From an uncultured Gammaproteobacteria bacterium (GTDB lineage Bacteria > Patescibacteriota > Microgenomatia > CAZETR01 > Amesbacteraceae): 64,000 nt of DNA. The notes under the pieces are model-generated. The model was given only the letters and a program-made list of their open reading frames with translations, searched no databases and had not been told where the DNA came from. Positions 41,593 through 49,834 of this stretch are shown piece after piece. The stretch spans positions 920 to 64,919 of the forward strand of contig CAZWKN010000005.1 in assembly GCA_964633995.1 (NCBI GenBank), given 5' to 3'. The position numbers were made by a program, and so were the translations under genes. The stretch's first letter is position 1, and the number at the start of each line of letters is the position of its first letter.

Positions 41593-42389
41593 AAAAATAC
41601 CTCACAATTTTCTCCCTCTCGTTTCAAAACGAATTTACCTACAGATTCAACTTTATCCTTTGGCGTTTAAGAAATGTTCTTAGGGTTTGCATGACTATTT
41701 TTTTGTGGAATGTTGTTTTCTCTGCCAGAAGTTCTGCCTTTGGTTATTCCAAGGCACAACTAATGGGTTACGTATTTTTAGTTCTTATTGTTCAGGCCTT
41801 TGTTACAGCAGCTCCGTCAAACGACAATATTGGAGGGGAAATTAGCAATGGTGACCTTTCAAATTACTTAGTCAAACCCGTAAATTACATAAGTTATTGG
41901 CTCACCCGTGATCTTGCCAGTAAACTGTTAAATATTCTTTTTGCGGTTTTGGAAATTACAGTAATACTCTTTCTTTTCAGACCCGAAATTAGCATTCCCC
42001 TGGTACTGCAATCGCTTGTTGTAGGAGTTATGGTATGGTTCATTGGAGCGGGTATATTTTTCTTTATTACCAAACTTGCGGTATTCACTGCTTTTTGGAT
42101 ACCCGAAAACACCTGGGGGTTAATGTTTACCGTAATGGTGTTCTTGGAAATGCTGTCAGGGAGCATGTTTCCCTTAGATGTTTTACCTCATTCTCTTCAA
42201 TCCGCATTACAGTTTACACCGTTTCCCTATCTAGTTTATTACCCTATAGGTATTTTAATCGGCCATATTCGAGGTCAGGCAATGTTGCAGGTTTTGCTTG
42301 GGTCGGTTGTATGGTTGGCTATCTCCTATTTTTTGTCACAAAAAGTTTGGCATGCAGGATTAAAAATTAATTCGGCTAACGGTAAGTAA
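41589..42389 (+). CDS. ABC-2 family permease (type A, pair 3)
   Basis: EISNGDLSNYLVKP, SGSMFPL..LP, TPFPY. Confidence 0.9.
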   Translation: MKKYLTIFSLSFQNEFTYRFNFILWRLRNVLRVCMTIFLWNVVFSARSSAFGYSKAQLMGYVFLVLIVQAFVTAAPSNDNIGGEISNGDLSNYLVKPVNYISYWLTRDLASKLLNILFAVLEITVILFLFRPEISIPLVLQSLVVGVMVWFIGAGIFFFITKLAVFTAFWIPENTWGLMFTVMVFLEMLSGSMFPLDVLPHSLQSALQFTPFPYLVYYPIGILIGHIRGQAMLQVLLGSVVWLAISYFLSQKVWHAGLKINSANGK

Positions 42390-42390
42390 T

Positions 42391-43170
42391 ATGAAGCATC
42401 TAAGAGTCGTCCGATTATATTTCTCAAACTCCTTTCAGGGTATGATTACCCACCCAATTGGTTTTTTGATTTTTTTCTTTAGCAAAATAACTAGATACTC
42501 GCTTTTTATCGCGTTTTTAATCTTTCTTACCAGAAGCATTTCTAATGTAGGTGGATTCACCTCCTCGCAAATATTGATCTTTTATCTAACCTTCAATTTA
42601 ATTGATACCATAGGGCAAATGCTTTTTAGGGAAGTCTATCGTTTCCGGCAATTAATTGTATCTGGGGACTTCGATATGGTTCTGGCCAAGCCCTTTCCAC
42701 CGCTACTAAGAGTATTAGTTGGCGGGCCGGATTTTATCGACATGGGCATTTTACTCATTCTTATTAGTGTCATGTGTTACTACTTTTTGTTTGTAGTTCA
42801 TCCATCGCTAAGTTTGATTCTTTTATATTTATTGCTGATAGTCAATTCGCTGGTGATTTCCACCGCTTTTCACATACTTATTTTAGCCGTTGGGATATTG
42901 ACTACGTCAATTGATCACTTGGTAATGATTTACCGGGACATCACAGCTCTCATGCGCATTCCAGTAGATTTTTTTCCCGGATCACTGCGCATGTTATTCA
43001 CTTTTGTGATTCCCATCGGAATAATGTTTACTTTTCCGGCTAAAGCCCTTATGGGTCTGCTTTCTCCTCAAAACATGTTACTTTCGCTTGTCGTCGCGTT
43101 CGTTTTTTGTTACTTATCTTTTACTCTTTGGAAGTTTGCCCTTTCTCGTTATTCATCCGCCGGTTCGTAG
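42391..43170 (+). CDS. ABC-2 family permease (type B, pair 3)
   Basis: SGDFDMVLAKP, RIP, C-terminal LSRYSSAGS. Confidence 0.9.
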   Translation: MKHLRVVRLYFSNSFQGMITHPIGFLIFFFSKITRYSLFIAFLIFLTRSISNVGGFTSSQILIFYLTFNLIDTIGQMLFREVYRFRQLIVSGDFDMVLAKPFPPLLRVLVGGPDFIDMGILLILISVMCYYFLFVVHPSLSLILLYLLLIVNSLVISTAFHILILAVGILTTSIDHLVMIYRDITALMRIPVDFFPGSLRMLFTFVIPIGIMFTFPAKALMGLLSPQNMLLSLVVAFVFCYLSFTLWKFALSRYSSAGS

Positions 43171-43174
43171 TATC

Positions 43175-43816
43175 ATGGTTTCAGTGCCTAAGTGGAAAAA
43201 ATTAGTTGTTGGGTTTGGTACTGCCACGGCCATTAGTATCGCCAGTTTGCCTTATTTCATTGGTGAAAAAGTAGTCGATGTTAAAGACGGCGATTCTTTT
43301 GTCTTACAAAATAGACAAATGGTCAGGTTGTTTGGTGTCGACGCCCCCGAGAAAGGGAACTGCTACTCCGAGGAGTCAAAAGCCTATTTGACCAAACTAA
43401 TTATGGGAAAAAGGATAATTTTGCGCCAACCCATAACCGACCAATTTCGTAGAGTCGTTGCCTTAGTCTATCTGCCCAATGGCAAATTGATTAATGCAGA
43501 AGTTGTAAGAAATGGCTTTGCAGTATTTACCAGGAGTGGTCAAGGCGAAACCATGGATATGAAATCAGCCAACGAGTATGCACGGGCCAACAATCTTGGA
43601 ATATTTAGCGCCAAGTGTTACGGCTTTAATCCTCCCGACCCCACGTGTGTTATCAAGGGCAATTTGGATCGGGACAAAAAACAATTAACATACATGCTCC
43701 CCGGCTGTTCATATTACGCCAAAACAGCCATTGAGCAATTCCGGGGTGAAAAGTGGTTTTGCACAGAAACGGAAGCCCAAAAATCCGGCTTTACGAAACA
43801 TTTTACTTGCAGGTAA
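43175..43816 (+). CDS. Thermonuclease (SNase) family protein with C-terminal Cys-containing domain
   Basis: VKDGDSF, VRLFGVDAPE, DQFRRVVA, CVIKGN...WFCTE.EA..SGF; N-terminal signal/TM; start uncertain (43175 or GTG 43184). Confidence 0.88.
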   Translation: MVSVPKWKKLVVGFGTATAISIASLPYFIGEKVVDVKDGDSFVLQNRQMVRLFGVDAPEKGNCYSEESKAYLTKLIMGKRIILRQPITDQFRRVVALVYLPNGKLINAEVVRNGFAVFTRSGQGETMDMKSANEYARANNLGIFSAKCYGFNPPDPTCVIKGNLDRDKKQLTYMLPGCSYYAKTAIEQFRGEKWFCTETEAQKSGFTKHFTCR

Positions 43817-43828
43817 TCAACTCTTTCA

Positions 43829-43867
43829 TCCCTCTCCATAATTGTGGAGAGGGGCAGGGGGTGAGGT
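43829..43867 (+). repeat. Hairpin-tail element copy 1 (intergenic, no nested insert)
   Basis: TCCCTCTCCATAATTGTGGAGAGGGG-CAGG-GGGTGAGGT. Confidence 0.9.
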
Positions 43868-43884
43868 GGTTGAGTTAAAATGAG

Positions 43885-44799
43885 ATGATGGTGTCCAAAG
43901 TTCTCATTATCAGTGGTCCTACTGCGACAGGAAAAACTAAATTTGGGTTAGAAATAGCCAAACAGTTCGACGGTGAAATTGTCTCCGCCGACTCTCGCCA
44001 GGTCTACATAGGTAAAAACATAATTCATGGCAAAGATCTCCCCGTCACTGTCAATTGTCAATCGTCAATTGTCAATTGGAGAGGGAGACGTTTAAAATAT
44101 TATGTAGTCGATGGTGTCAGGGTGTGGTTGTATGACGTAGTCAATCCCGGTGAAGACTTCAGTGTGGCTTTTTGGAAAGAATGCGCCGATTTGGTAATAG
44201 CAGATATTGTTTCGCGCAACAAATTGCCAATTATTGTCGGCGGTTCAGGTCTTTACATCAAATCACTTACCCAAAACCTGTCCCAGGTTTCAGTACCCCG
44301 CAACGAGAAACTAAGAGATCAGCTCCTAAATAAATCTGTCAAATACCTGTTTAATTATTTAAATCGTATCGATTCTTTCCGTGCCGCAGCCCTAAATCAT
44401 TCTGATAAAAACAACCCCCGTCGCCTTGTCAGGGCAATTGAATTATCGTTGTCAAAAGAAAAGTTACACCCCTCTCCTGAATTAAAGAGAGGCCTGTCTG
44501 CCGGCATGGCAGGGGTAGGGGGTGAGGTTTTGCAAATTGGTCTCATTGCCCCCCGCGATTATCTTTATCAGCTCGTAAATCACAGGGTCTCAGATCGCAT
44601 TGCAGCCGGCGCTGCCGCCGAGGACGCAAACTTAGCGAATTCACCAGTTCTTTGGCAAAATCAGGAACATGCCATTATTCGCCACCAACTCACCTGGTTC
44701 AAAAAACAACCCAACGTGACTTTTTTTGACGTTTCAGCTCCAAATTGGCAGGCAAACGCAACGACTTTTATCAAAAATTGGTATAATAACTCTACATGA
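43885..44799 (+). CDS. miaA: tRNA dimethylallyltransferase MiaA (with repeat-derived inserts)
   Basis: SGPTATGKT, IVSADSRQVY, IVGGSGLY, RRLVRAIE, QLTWFK. Confidence 0.93.
   Translation: MMVSKVLIISGPTATGKTKFGLEIAKQFDGEIVSADSRQVYIGKNIIHGKDLPVTVNCQSSIVNWRGRRLKYYVVDGVRVWLYDVVNPGEDFSVAFWKECADLVIADIVSRNKLPIIVGGSGLYIKSLTQNLSQVSVPRNEKLRDQLLNKSVKYLFNYLNRIDSFRAAALNHSDKNNPRRLVRAIELSLSKEKLHPSPELKRGLSAGMAGVGGEVLQIGLIAPRDYLYQLVNHRVSDRIAAGAAAEDANLANSPVLWQNQEHAIIRHQLTWFKKQPNVTFFDVSAPNWQANATTFIKNWYNNST
44469..44528 (+). repeat. Hairpin-tail element copy 2, in frame in miaA, with nested 21-bp palindrome
   Basis: CCCCTCTCCTGAATTAAAGAGAGG[CCTGTCTGCCGGCATGGCAGG]GGTAGGGGGTGAGGT encodes PSPELKRGLSAGMAGVGGEV. Confidence 0.88.
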
Positions 44800-45782
44800 A
44801 TTCAAAGATAGAAGTTTCCTACAAAACGGTTATTTTTTCGTTAGTTTTAATCCTATTGGCATGGGTAGTGTGGCACATTTCAGACATCATTCTCATGCTA
44901 TTTATTTCGGTCATCCTCATGTCAGCCCTAAGTCCGGCTGTCGACAAACTGGAAAAGCTAAAATGTCCCCGTTGGTTAGCCATCTTGCTGATTTATTCAC
45001 TTCTGTGGTCATTGGTGGGTGTAGTCATAGCAGGTCTTGTTCCATCCCTGGTGGACCAGACCGCAAAACTTATTGGTTTGCTTCCGGAAGCCATCGGCAA
45101 AATTGAGTTCCTAAATGACCATCAACTGGAAATTAGTCAGGAAATCCTCACCCAGATAGGCGGCTTACCTGGAAACATTCTTAAGTTTACGGTTTCACTC
45201 TTTAGCAATTTGATCAACGTCCTGACCACTATAGTGTTCAGTATTTATCTGTTGTTGGAACGCAAAAATCTAAACTTCCATATGGAAAACTACTTTACAG
45301 AACAGACTTCAACCCGTGTTATTAATTTAATCAAAGCCATTGAGCGCAGATTAGGCAGTTGGGTTAGGGGAGAATTGGTACTTATGCTCGCCGTTGGTGT
45401 CCTAAGTTATATAGGGCTACTGATTTTGGGAGTAGAAATAGCATTGCCTTTGGCTATCATCGCCGGTATTTTAGAGATCATCCCCAACATTGGCCCCATC
45501 CTTTCAGCCGTTCCAGCGGTTATCGTCGCTTTTTCAATTCACCCCATGCTAGCATTGGCCACGATCGCCTTATATTTCTTGGTTCAATTTTTAGAAAATC
45601 ATTTCTTAGTCCCCAAAATTATGGAAAAAGCAGTTGGAGTCAATCCGCTTGTAAGTATCGTTGCCCTCATGGTTGGTTTTAGATTTGCGGGTCCTCTTGG
45701 GGCAGTACTGGCAATTCCTATCATCATTGTTGCGCACTCAATTTTTTCTGAGTTCTCCCCAAAACGCTCCTTGGGGTTATAA
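44796..45782 (+). CDS. AI-2E family transporter
   Basis: Multi-TM; LEIIPNIGP, QFLENHFLVPKIM..AVGVNP, G..GAVLAIP. Confidence 0.93.
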   Translation: MNSKIEVSYKTVIFSLVLILLAWVVWHISDIILMLFISVILMSALSPAVDKLEKLKCPRWLAILLIYSLLWSLVGVVIAGLVPSLVDQTAKLIGLLPEAIGKIEFLNDHQLEISQEILTQIGGLPGNILKFTVSLFSNLINVLTTIVFSIYLLLERKNLNFHMENYFTEQTSTRVINLIKAIERRLGSWVRGELVLMLAVGVLSYIGLLILGVEIALPLAIIAGILEIIPNIGPILSAVPAVIVAFSIHPMLALATIALYFLVQFLENHFLVPKIMEKAVGVNPLVSIVALMVGFRFAGPLGAVLAIPIIIVAHSIFSEFSPKRSLGL

Positions 45783-45796
45783 GTTATAATTACTCC

Positions 45797-46093
45797 ACCT
45801 GGAGACCGTGCGTCTATGCCTCCACAGTCCGGCTTGCCGGATGAAGGGGTAAGGAAAGTCCGGACAGCAGAAGGCAGGGTACCCCGCCGATGAGGCGGGG
45901 ACGCGCAAGCGCTAGATAGTGCCACAGAGACAACGACTCATCCCGCCAATGGCGGGAAAGAGGGTGAAAAGAGGAAAACCTTACCCGCTGCAACCTCCGA
46001 AATGGGTGGGTAGCCTTCCCCAATACCCAAAAGCTTGAGGGCGCAAGATAGATTGACGCATTAAAACAGAATCCGGCTTACCAGTTTCCAGGT
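45797..46093 (+). ncRNA. rnpB: RNase P RNA
   Basis: AGGAAAGTCCG, AGTGCCACAGA and ACAGAATCCGGCTTA conserved motifs; P1 ACCTGGAGAC/GTTTCCAGGT; TATAAT at 45785. Confidence 0.95.
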
Positions 46094-46106
46094 GTATAAT
46101 ATCTAC

Positions 46107-46268
46107 ATGGATTTCACTGTGCTTTTAACTAACCGCACAGCCCTTCAGGGAGCAATCTCTGTAGTTTTTGGTTTTTTGGTTCTCATGTTTCCCAAATTGC
46201 TTAACTACTTAATTGCTTTTTACTTCATTATCTCTGGCCTATCCCTTCTCCTGCCCCACCTACGCTAA
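46107..46268 (+). CDS. DUF3096-like small membrane protein (53 aa, not in ORF track)
   Basis: MDFTVLLTNRTALQGAISVVFGFLVLMFPKLLNYLIAFYFIISGL...; TATAAT 6 nt upstream. Confidence 0.8.
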   Translation: MDFTVLLTNRTALQGAISVVFGFLVLMFPKLLNYLIAFYFIISGLSLLLPHLR

Positions 46269-46832
46269 ATGCCGTTCTTGCTGGATCCCAAAGGCATTAA
46301 CTTTCGTGATCGCCCCATTCTGTTCATCGACCTAGAAACCACCGGCCTGGATCGACATCATCACGAGATTGTAGAAATTGCCGCCTTACTGGTTTCCCAG
46401 CCAGATTTTACCGTTACCAACTCTTTTTATACTAAAGTTATTCCGACCCATATCGAAACTGCCGATCCAAAAGCTCTCAAAGTGATCAATTATTCACCAG
46501 ATGATTGGCAGGAGGCTATCCCCCTAAACCAGGCTATGGAAGAATTGTCCAACTTTGCTCCTGGTTGCATCTTGGCTGGCTGGTCAGTCCAAACCGAGTG
46601 GGATTTTTTATGCCAATCGTTAGAAGCATGCAAACTCCCGTATTTTTTTACCCACCGGCTATTAGAGGTCTATACTCTGGCTTTTGCCAAATTTTACAAC
46701 GATCAATCCATTTCGTTTCTCAATCTGCCAAATGTTTGCAAAGCTCTAAATATTCGGCTAGATCAGCACAAACCAGATTCGGATATCCGTGCCACCTACG
46801 AGATCTTCAAACGCCTTTTCCCGTCCCCATAA
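46269..46832 (+). CDS. DEDDh 3'-5' exonuclease (DnaQ-like)
   Basis: FIDLETTGL, EIVEIA, H...SDI motifs. Confidence 0.88.
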   Translation: MPFLLDPKGINFRDRPILFIDLETTGLDRHHHEIVEIAALLVSQPDFTVTNSFYTKVIPTHIETADPKALKVINYSPDDWQEAIPLNQAMEELSNFAPGCILAGWSVQTEWDFLCQSLEACKLPYFFTHRLLEVYTLAFAKFYNDQSISFLNLPNVCKALNIRLDQHKPDSDIRATYEIFKRLFPSP

Positions 46833-47184
46833 TTTCTCTAATTTTTTCAACCACTTTCTCTGTATCACTATCCACCTCCGCATTCCATACTTCCAGCAAG
46901 TTAATTCCAAAAGATTCTAAATATCTTCTTCGATAACAATCATATTTTTTATTGCTCTCGATTTTATGTACACTTCCAAGCAATTCAACCCCAAATCTTT
47001 TTTCCGGGCAATAAAAATCTATCACATATCCATTCACGCTATATTGTCTTCTAAATTTCACACCCAATTTGCCATTTCTCAGACTTTCCCACAACAACTT
47101 CTCTGCCTTTGTTGATTTCTGTCGCAAATCCCTTCTCCGCGCCTTCAATTCTGTACGGTAATACACCCTTTTTCTGTCGTCCAC
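46807..47184 (-). CDS. DUF559 / Vsr-like endonuclease, copy 1
   Basis: LRQKSTKAEKLLWESLR, KFRRQ, YVIDFYCPE, VELLGSVH, WNAEV; real start GTG 47184 after TAAAAT (the longer ORF runs into the repeat). Confidence 0.88.
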   Translation of the reverse strand: MDDRKRVYYRTELKARRRDLRQKSTKAEKLLWESLRNGKLGVKFRRQYSVNGYVIDFYCPEKRFGVELLGSVHKIESNKKYDCYRRRYLESFGINLLEVWNAEVDSDTEKVVEKIREIMGTGKGV

Positions 47185-47206
47185 ATTTCTAATTTTACTC
47201 TCCCAA

Positions 47207-47330
47207 AACCCCCCCTCTCCATAATTATGGAGAGGGGGTTGGGGGGTGAGGTGGAAGACCATGCGTCACAGTTGGGGTTGGGGGGTGAGGTGGAAGACCA
47301 TATGTCACAGTTGGGTGATGGGGGTGGGGT
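47207..47330 (+). repeat. Hairpin-tail element copy 3 plus 39-bp tandem duplication of tail and flank
   Basis: CCCCCTCTCCATAATTATGGAGAGGGGG, then 2x GGGGTTGGGGGGTGAGGTGGAAGACCAT(GC/AT)GTCACAGTT and a degenerate third copy. Confidence 0.9.
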
Positions 47331-47356
47331 TGAAAAGGGTTTAGTAGCCTACCACC

Positions 47357-47384
47357 AAAAAACCCCGCCATCGGCGGGGTTTTT
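47357..47384. terminator. Intrinsic (bidirectional-type) terminator
   Basis: AAAAAACCCCGCC-ATC-GGCGGGGTTTTT. Confidence 0.85.
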
Positions 47385-47402
47385 GTGATCGAAAAGCAAG
47401 GC

Positions 47403-47546
47403 TTAGGCAGCACCGATCTTATACATACCGGTTCCACAAACTGGACATTTGCCCTTCATTGCGGCCTTACCATTTTTCATCGTTACTTTTTGGGCACTAG
47501 GATCTTCTCTTTTGGTTCTACATTTTACGCAAAACATTGAAGCCAT
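47403..47546 (-). CDS. DUF5679-like 47-aa zinc-ribbon protein (not in ORF track)
   Basis: MASMFCVKCRTKREDPSAQKVTMKNGKAAMKGKCPVCGTGMYKIGAA; SD GAGGAGGTGA; own terminator. Confidence 0.85.
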   Translation of the reverse strand: MASMFCVKCRTKREDPSAQKVTMKNGKAAMKGKCPVCGTGMYKIGAA

Positions 47547-47570
47547 GACTGCCTCACCTCCTCTCGATTC

Positions 47571-47702
47571 TCAAATTTGTAATAATGATTTAACACTTTG
47601 CCATCCTCCATGGTCTAGCCACCTGGCCAAAGCTAATTGTAAAAGCAAGGCAAGGATAGTCACGATCCCGGTTCTTGTCAAGTCGAAGACTATTTGCTTC
47701 AT
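47571..47702 (-). CDS. Possible small membrane peptide
   Basis: MKQIVFDLTRTGIVTILALLLQLALARWL..., one hydrophobic helix; co-oriented with the DUF5679-like gene. Confidence 0.4.
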   Translation of the reverse strand: MKQIVFDLTRTGIVTILALLLQLALARWLDHGGWQSVKSLLQI

Positions 47703-47821
47703 CGGCAAATTTAGCTCGGGTGTATAAAAACTTCCCTTCATCACCCAACCATACCACACCTATTCAAGCACGGCAACGCAGCACTGGAAAACTCTGCCTT
47801 TTTAAGTTATCCTTAACAAAC

Positions 47822-49003
47822 ATGTTATTAAACAAGAAAACACTCGGCTATGTCTTAGGGGCTATTTCTATTTTTTCGCTTTCAGCCATTGTCTCCTTTA
47901 GTATTTTCAAATCTGTAAAAAGTTATCCGTCGCAAGTTGTTCCCGTTCCCACCCCAGCAAAATCAACTTCTAAAAAATCAAAAATAGACCCCAAGATTCC
48001 CAGGACCGAAGTTTGTCCTATCAATGGCTTGCTTTATACCAAGGGTGAAAAAGACATCTGGGTCACCAGAAGGCCCATCGCCGCCATGATAGAAAATCAT
48101 GAAGACTCTCGTCCCGCTTCGGGATTGAGTAGCGCGGATGTGGTTTATGAAGCCGTAGCGGAAGGCGGGATAACTCGTTTCATGGGCATCTTCTACTGCA
48201 ATATTTCAGAAAACACGACCCTGGCTCCTGTCAGGAGCGCCCGTATTTACTTCGTCAAACTTCTTTCGGAATACGATCCTCTGTATAACCATGTGGGCGG
48301 TGCCGGAAATTGCGATGATCCCACCGTCGATGATCGTGCCAAAGCGCTATGTTTTCTAAGGAGAAACAATATCAAAGACATGGATCAATTTGGTCGTGCT
48401 GGGGATTTTAAGACCTGTCATCGGTTAACCAATCGACTGGACCAGGACGTCGCCTATGAGCACACCATGGGCTGTTGGACAGACGAGCTGTACAAGGCCG
48501 CCGCCAAAAACGATTGGACAAATGTCGACGAAAAAGGGGTCCCTTGGGACAAAAATTTCAAACCCTGGAAATTCAAAGATGATTCCAAGCAAGCTGGGAT
48601 TGTTAATCGCATAGCCTTCGATTTTTGGAAATCCAAGCAACTTTACTCTGTAGTTTGGAACTACGACTCAGGAAGTAACTCGTATCTTAGAGAAAATGGT
48701 GGTCAAAAGGCGATTGATTTAAACACCGATGAACAACTCGCCGCCAAAAACGTTGTCATCCAATTTGTCCCAGAGACAGGGCCATTGGATGAACATCTTC
48801 ACATGTATTATGAGATAACCGGGACCGGCAAGGCTCTAATCTTTCAAGATGGGGGAGTAATTGCAGGAACATGGTCCAAACTATCTCTCTCATCCAGAAC
48901 CAGATTTTATGACGCCAAAGGCGTGGAAATAGCGCTAAATAAAGGCCAAACATGGGTCGAGCTTCTTCCCAAAGGCAACGCCGTAGACTATCCTCAACCA
49001 TAA
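47822..49003 (+). CDS. DUF3048-domain membrane-anchored protein
   Basis: RRPIAAMIEN...RP.SGL..ADVVYE..AEGGITRF, PVRSAR, KNVVIQ, GQTWVE; start corrected to ATG 47822. Confidence 0.88.
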   Translation: MLLNKKTLGYVLGAISIFSLSAIVSFSIFKSVKSYPSQVVPVPTPAKSTSKKSKIDPKIPRTEVCPINGLLYTKGEKDIWVTRRPIAAMIENHEDSRPASGLSSADVVYEAVAEGGITRFMGIFYCNISENTTLAPVRSARIYFVKLLSEYDPLYNHVGGAGNCDDPTVDDRAKALCFLRRNNIKDMDQFGRAGDFKTCHRLTNRLDQDVAYEHTMGCWTDELYKAAAKNDWTNVDEKGVPWDKNFKPWKFKDDSKQAGIVNRIAFDFWKSKQLYSVVWNYDSGSNSYLRENGGQKAIDLNTDEQLAAKNVVIQFVPETGPLDEHLHMYYEITGTGKALIFQDGGVIAGTWSKLSLSSRTRFYDAKGVEIALNKGQTWVELLPKGNAVDYPQP

Positions 49004-49071
49004 CTGCTCACACATTGTCCTCAATCCTCTTGATTTTCTCAACACTTCTGGTATCTTCAACTTAACAAACT

Positions 49072-49650
49072 ATGCTAAAAGATCTATTCATCTCCAAGGC
49101 CCGGGTTCACATTCTCGAAACATTTCTTTCTGATCCCACTCAAATGTTTCATGTGCGTGATTTAGTCAGAAGAACAGGGGAAGAAATAAATGCTATTCGT
49201 CGTGAATTGTTGCGCATGGAAGAAGCTGGTATGGTCAAGAAAGAACCTCGTGGTAACAGGCTTTATTACTGGTTTCGGAAAGATTACGTTTACTATTCGG
49301 ATCTATTAAGTTTAGTTGCCAAAAACGTCGGTCTTGGTGCAGACCTCATTAAAAACAAATCTAAATTGGGTAGGGTTTCATTCATCATGCTTTCAGGTCG
49401 CTTCGTCCGCCATCAGCCCAAAAAAACTCCCGACGAAGTAGAGTTATTAGTTGTTGGTGATATCGTTCTTCCTGAATTGGCCAGTATTGTTAGGGCCGAA
49501 GAGACCAAACGGGGTCAGGCAATTAATTACACACCCATGACCGACGACGAATTAAAGTTTAGAAGAAGCCGCAGAGACCCGTTTCTTCTTGGCATTTTGA
49601 CCGGAGGTCGGGTTATAATTCTAGGGTCCGAAGAAGACCTGGTGGGTTAA
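49072..49650 (+). CDS. Winged-HTH regulator with degenerate nucleotidyltransferase-like C-terminus
   Basis: LFISKAR...HVRDLVR..GEEINAIRREL; C-terminal EVELLVVG (DxD degenerate). Confidence 0.7.
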   Translation: MLKDLFISKARVHILETFLSDPTQMFHVRDLVRRTGEEINAIRRELLRMEEAGMVKKEPRGNRLYYWFRKDYVYYSDLLSLVAKNVGLGADLIKNKSKLGRVSFIMLSGRFVRHQPKKTPDEVELLVVGDIVLPELASIVRAEETKRGQAINYTPMTDDELKFRRSRRDPFLLGILTGGRVIILGSEEDLVG

Positions 49651-49833
49651 ATGCAACATAAAATACTAAAAACAGGCCACAGTCTTTGTGTGACAATTCC
49701 TGCAAATTTCGCCCAGGTTTTGGGTCTAAAGCCCGGACAGCCTGTCAAAGCCGAAGTTAACATGCTAGACCAAACTCTTACATACAAATTTACCAGCGTA
49801 GGCCAGCTTACCCTACTGCCGTCTTCAAAATAA
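49651..49833 (+). CDS. AbrB/MazE-family DNA-binding protein
   Basis: KILKTGHSLCVTIP..FA..LGLKPG. Confidence 0.8.
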   Translation: MQHKILKTGHSLCVTIPANFAQVLGLKPGQPVKAEVNMLDQTLTYKFTSVGQLTLLPSSK

Positions 49834-49834
49834 T

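Noticed and set aside
45883-45957. CCCGCC-N-GGCGGG hairpins in rnpB as repeat insertions
   Set aside because: They resemble the core of the TGTCAT-type repeats but are adequately explained as ordinary variable RNase P helices
45599-46023. Minus-strand ORFs 45599..45925 and 45814..46023
   Set aside because: Antisense to RNase P RNA
47185-47262. N-terminal extension MVFHLTPQPPLHNYGEGG of DUF559 copy 1
   Set aside because: Read-through of the hairpin element; paralogue alignment and the -10 box place the start at GTG 47184
47235-47330. CRISPR array (also considered at 52373-52485 and 60181-60304)
   Set aside because: Only 2-3 units, the would-be spacers are themselves duplicated, and there are no cas genes; these are tandem duplications
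49072-49833. Toxin-antitoxin pair (MNT-like plus AbrB/MazE)
   Set aside because: No HEPN, PIN or MazF toxin adjacent; nucleotidyltransferase motif degenerate; genes lead into secDF
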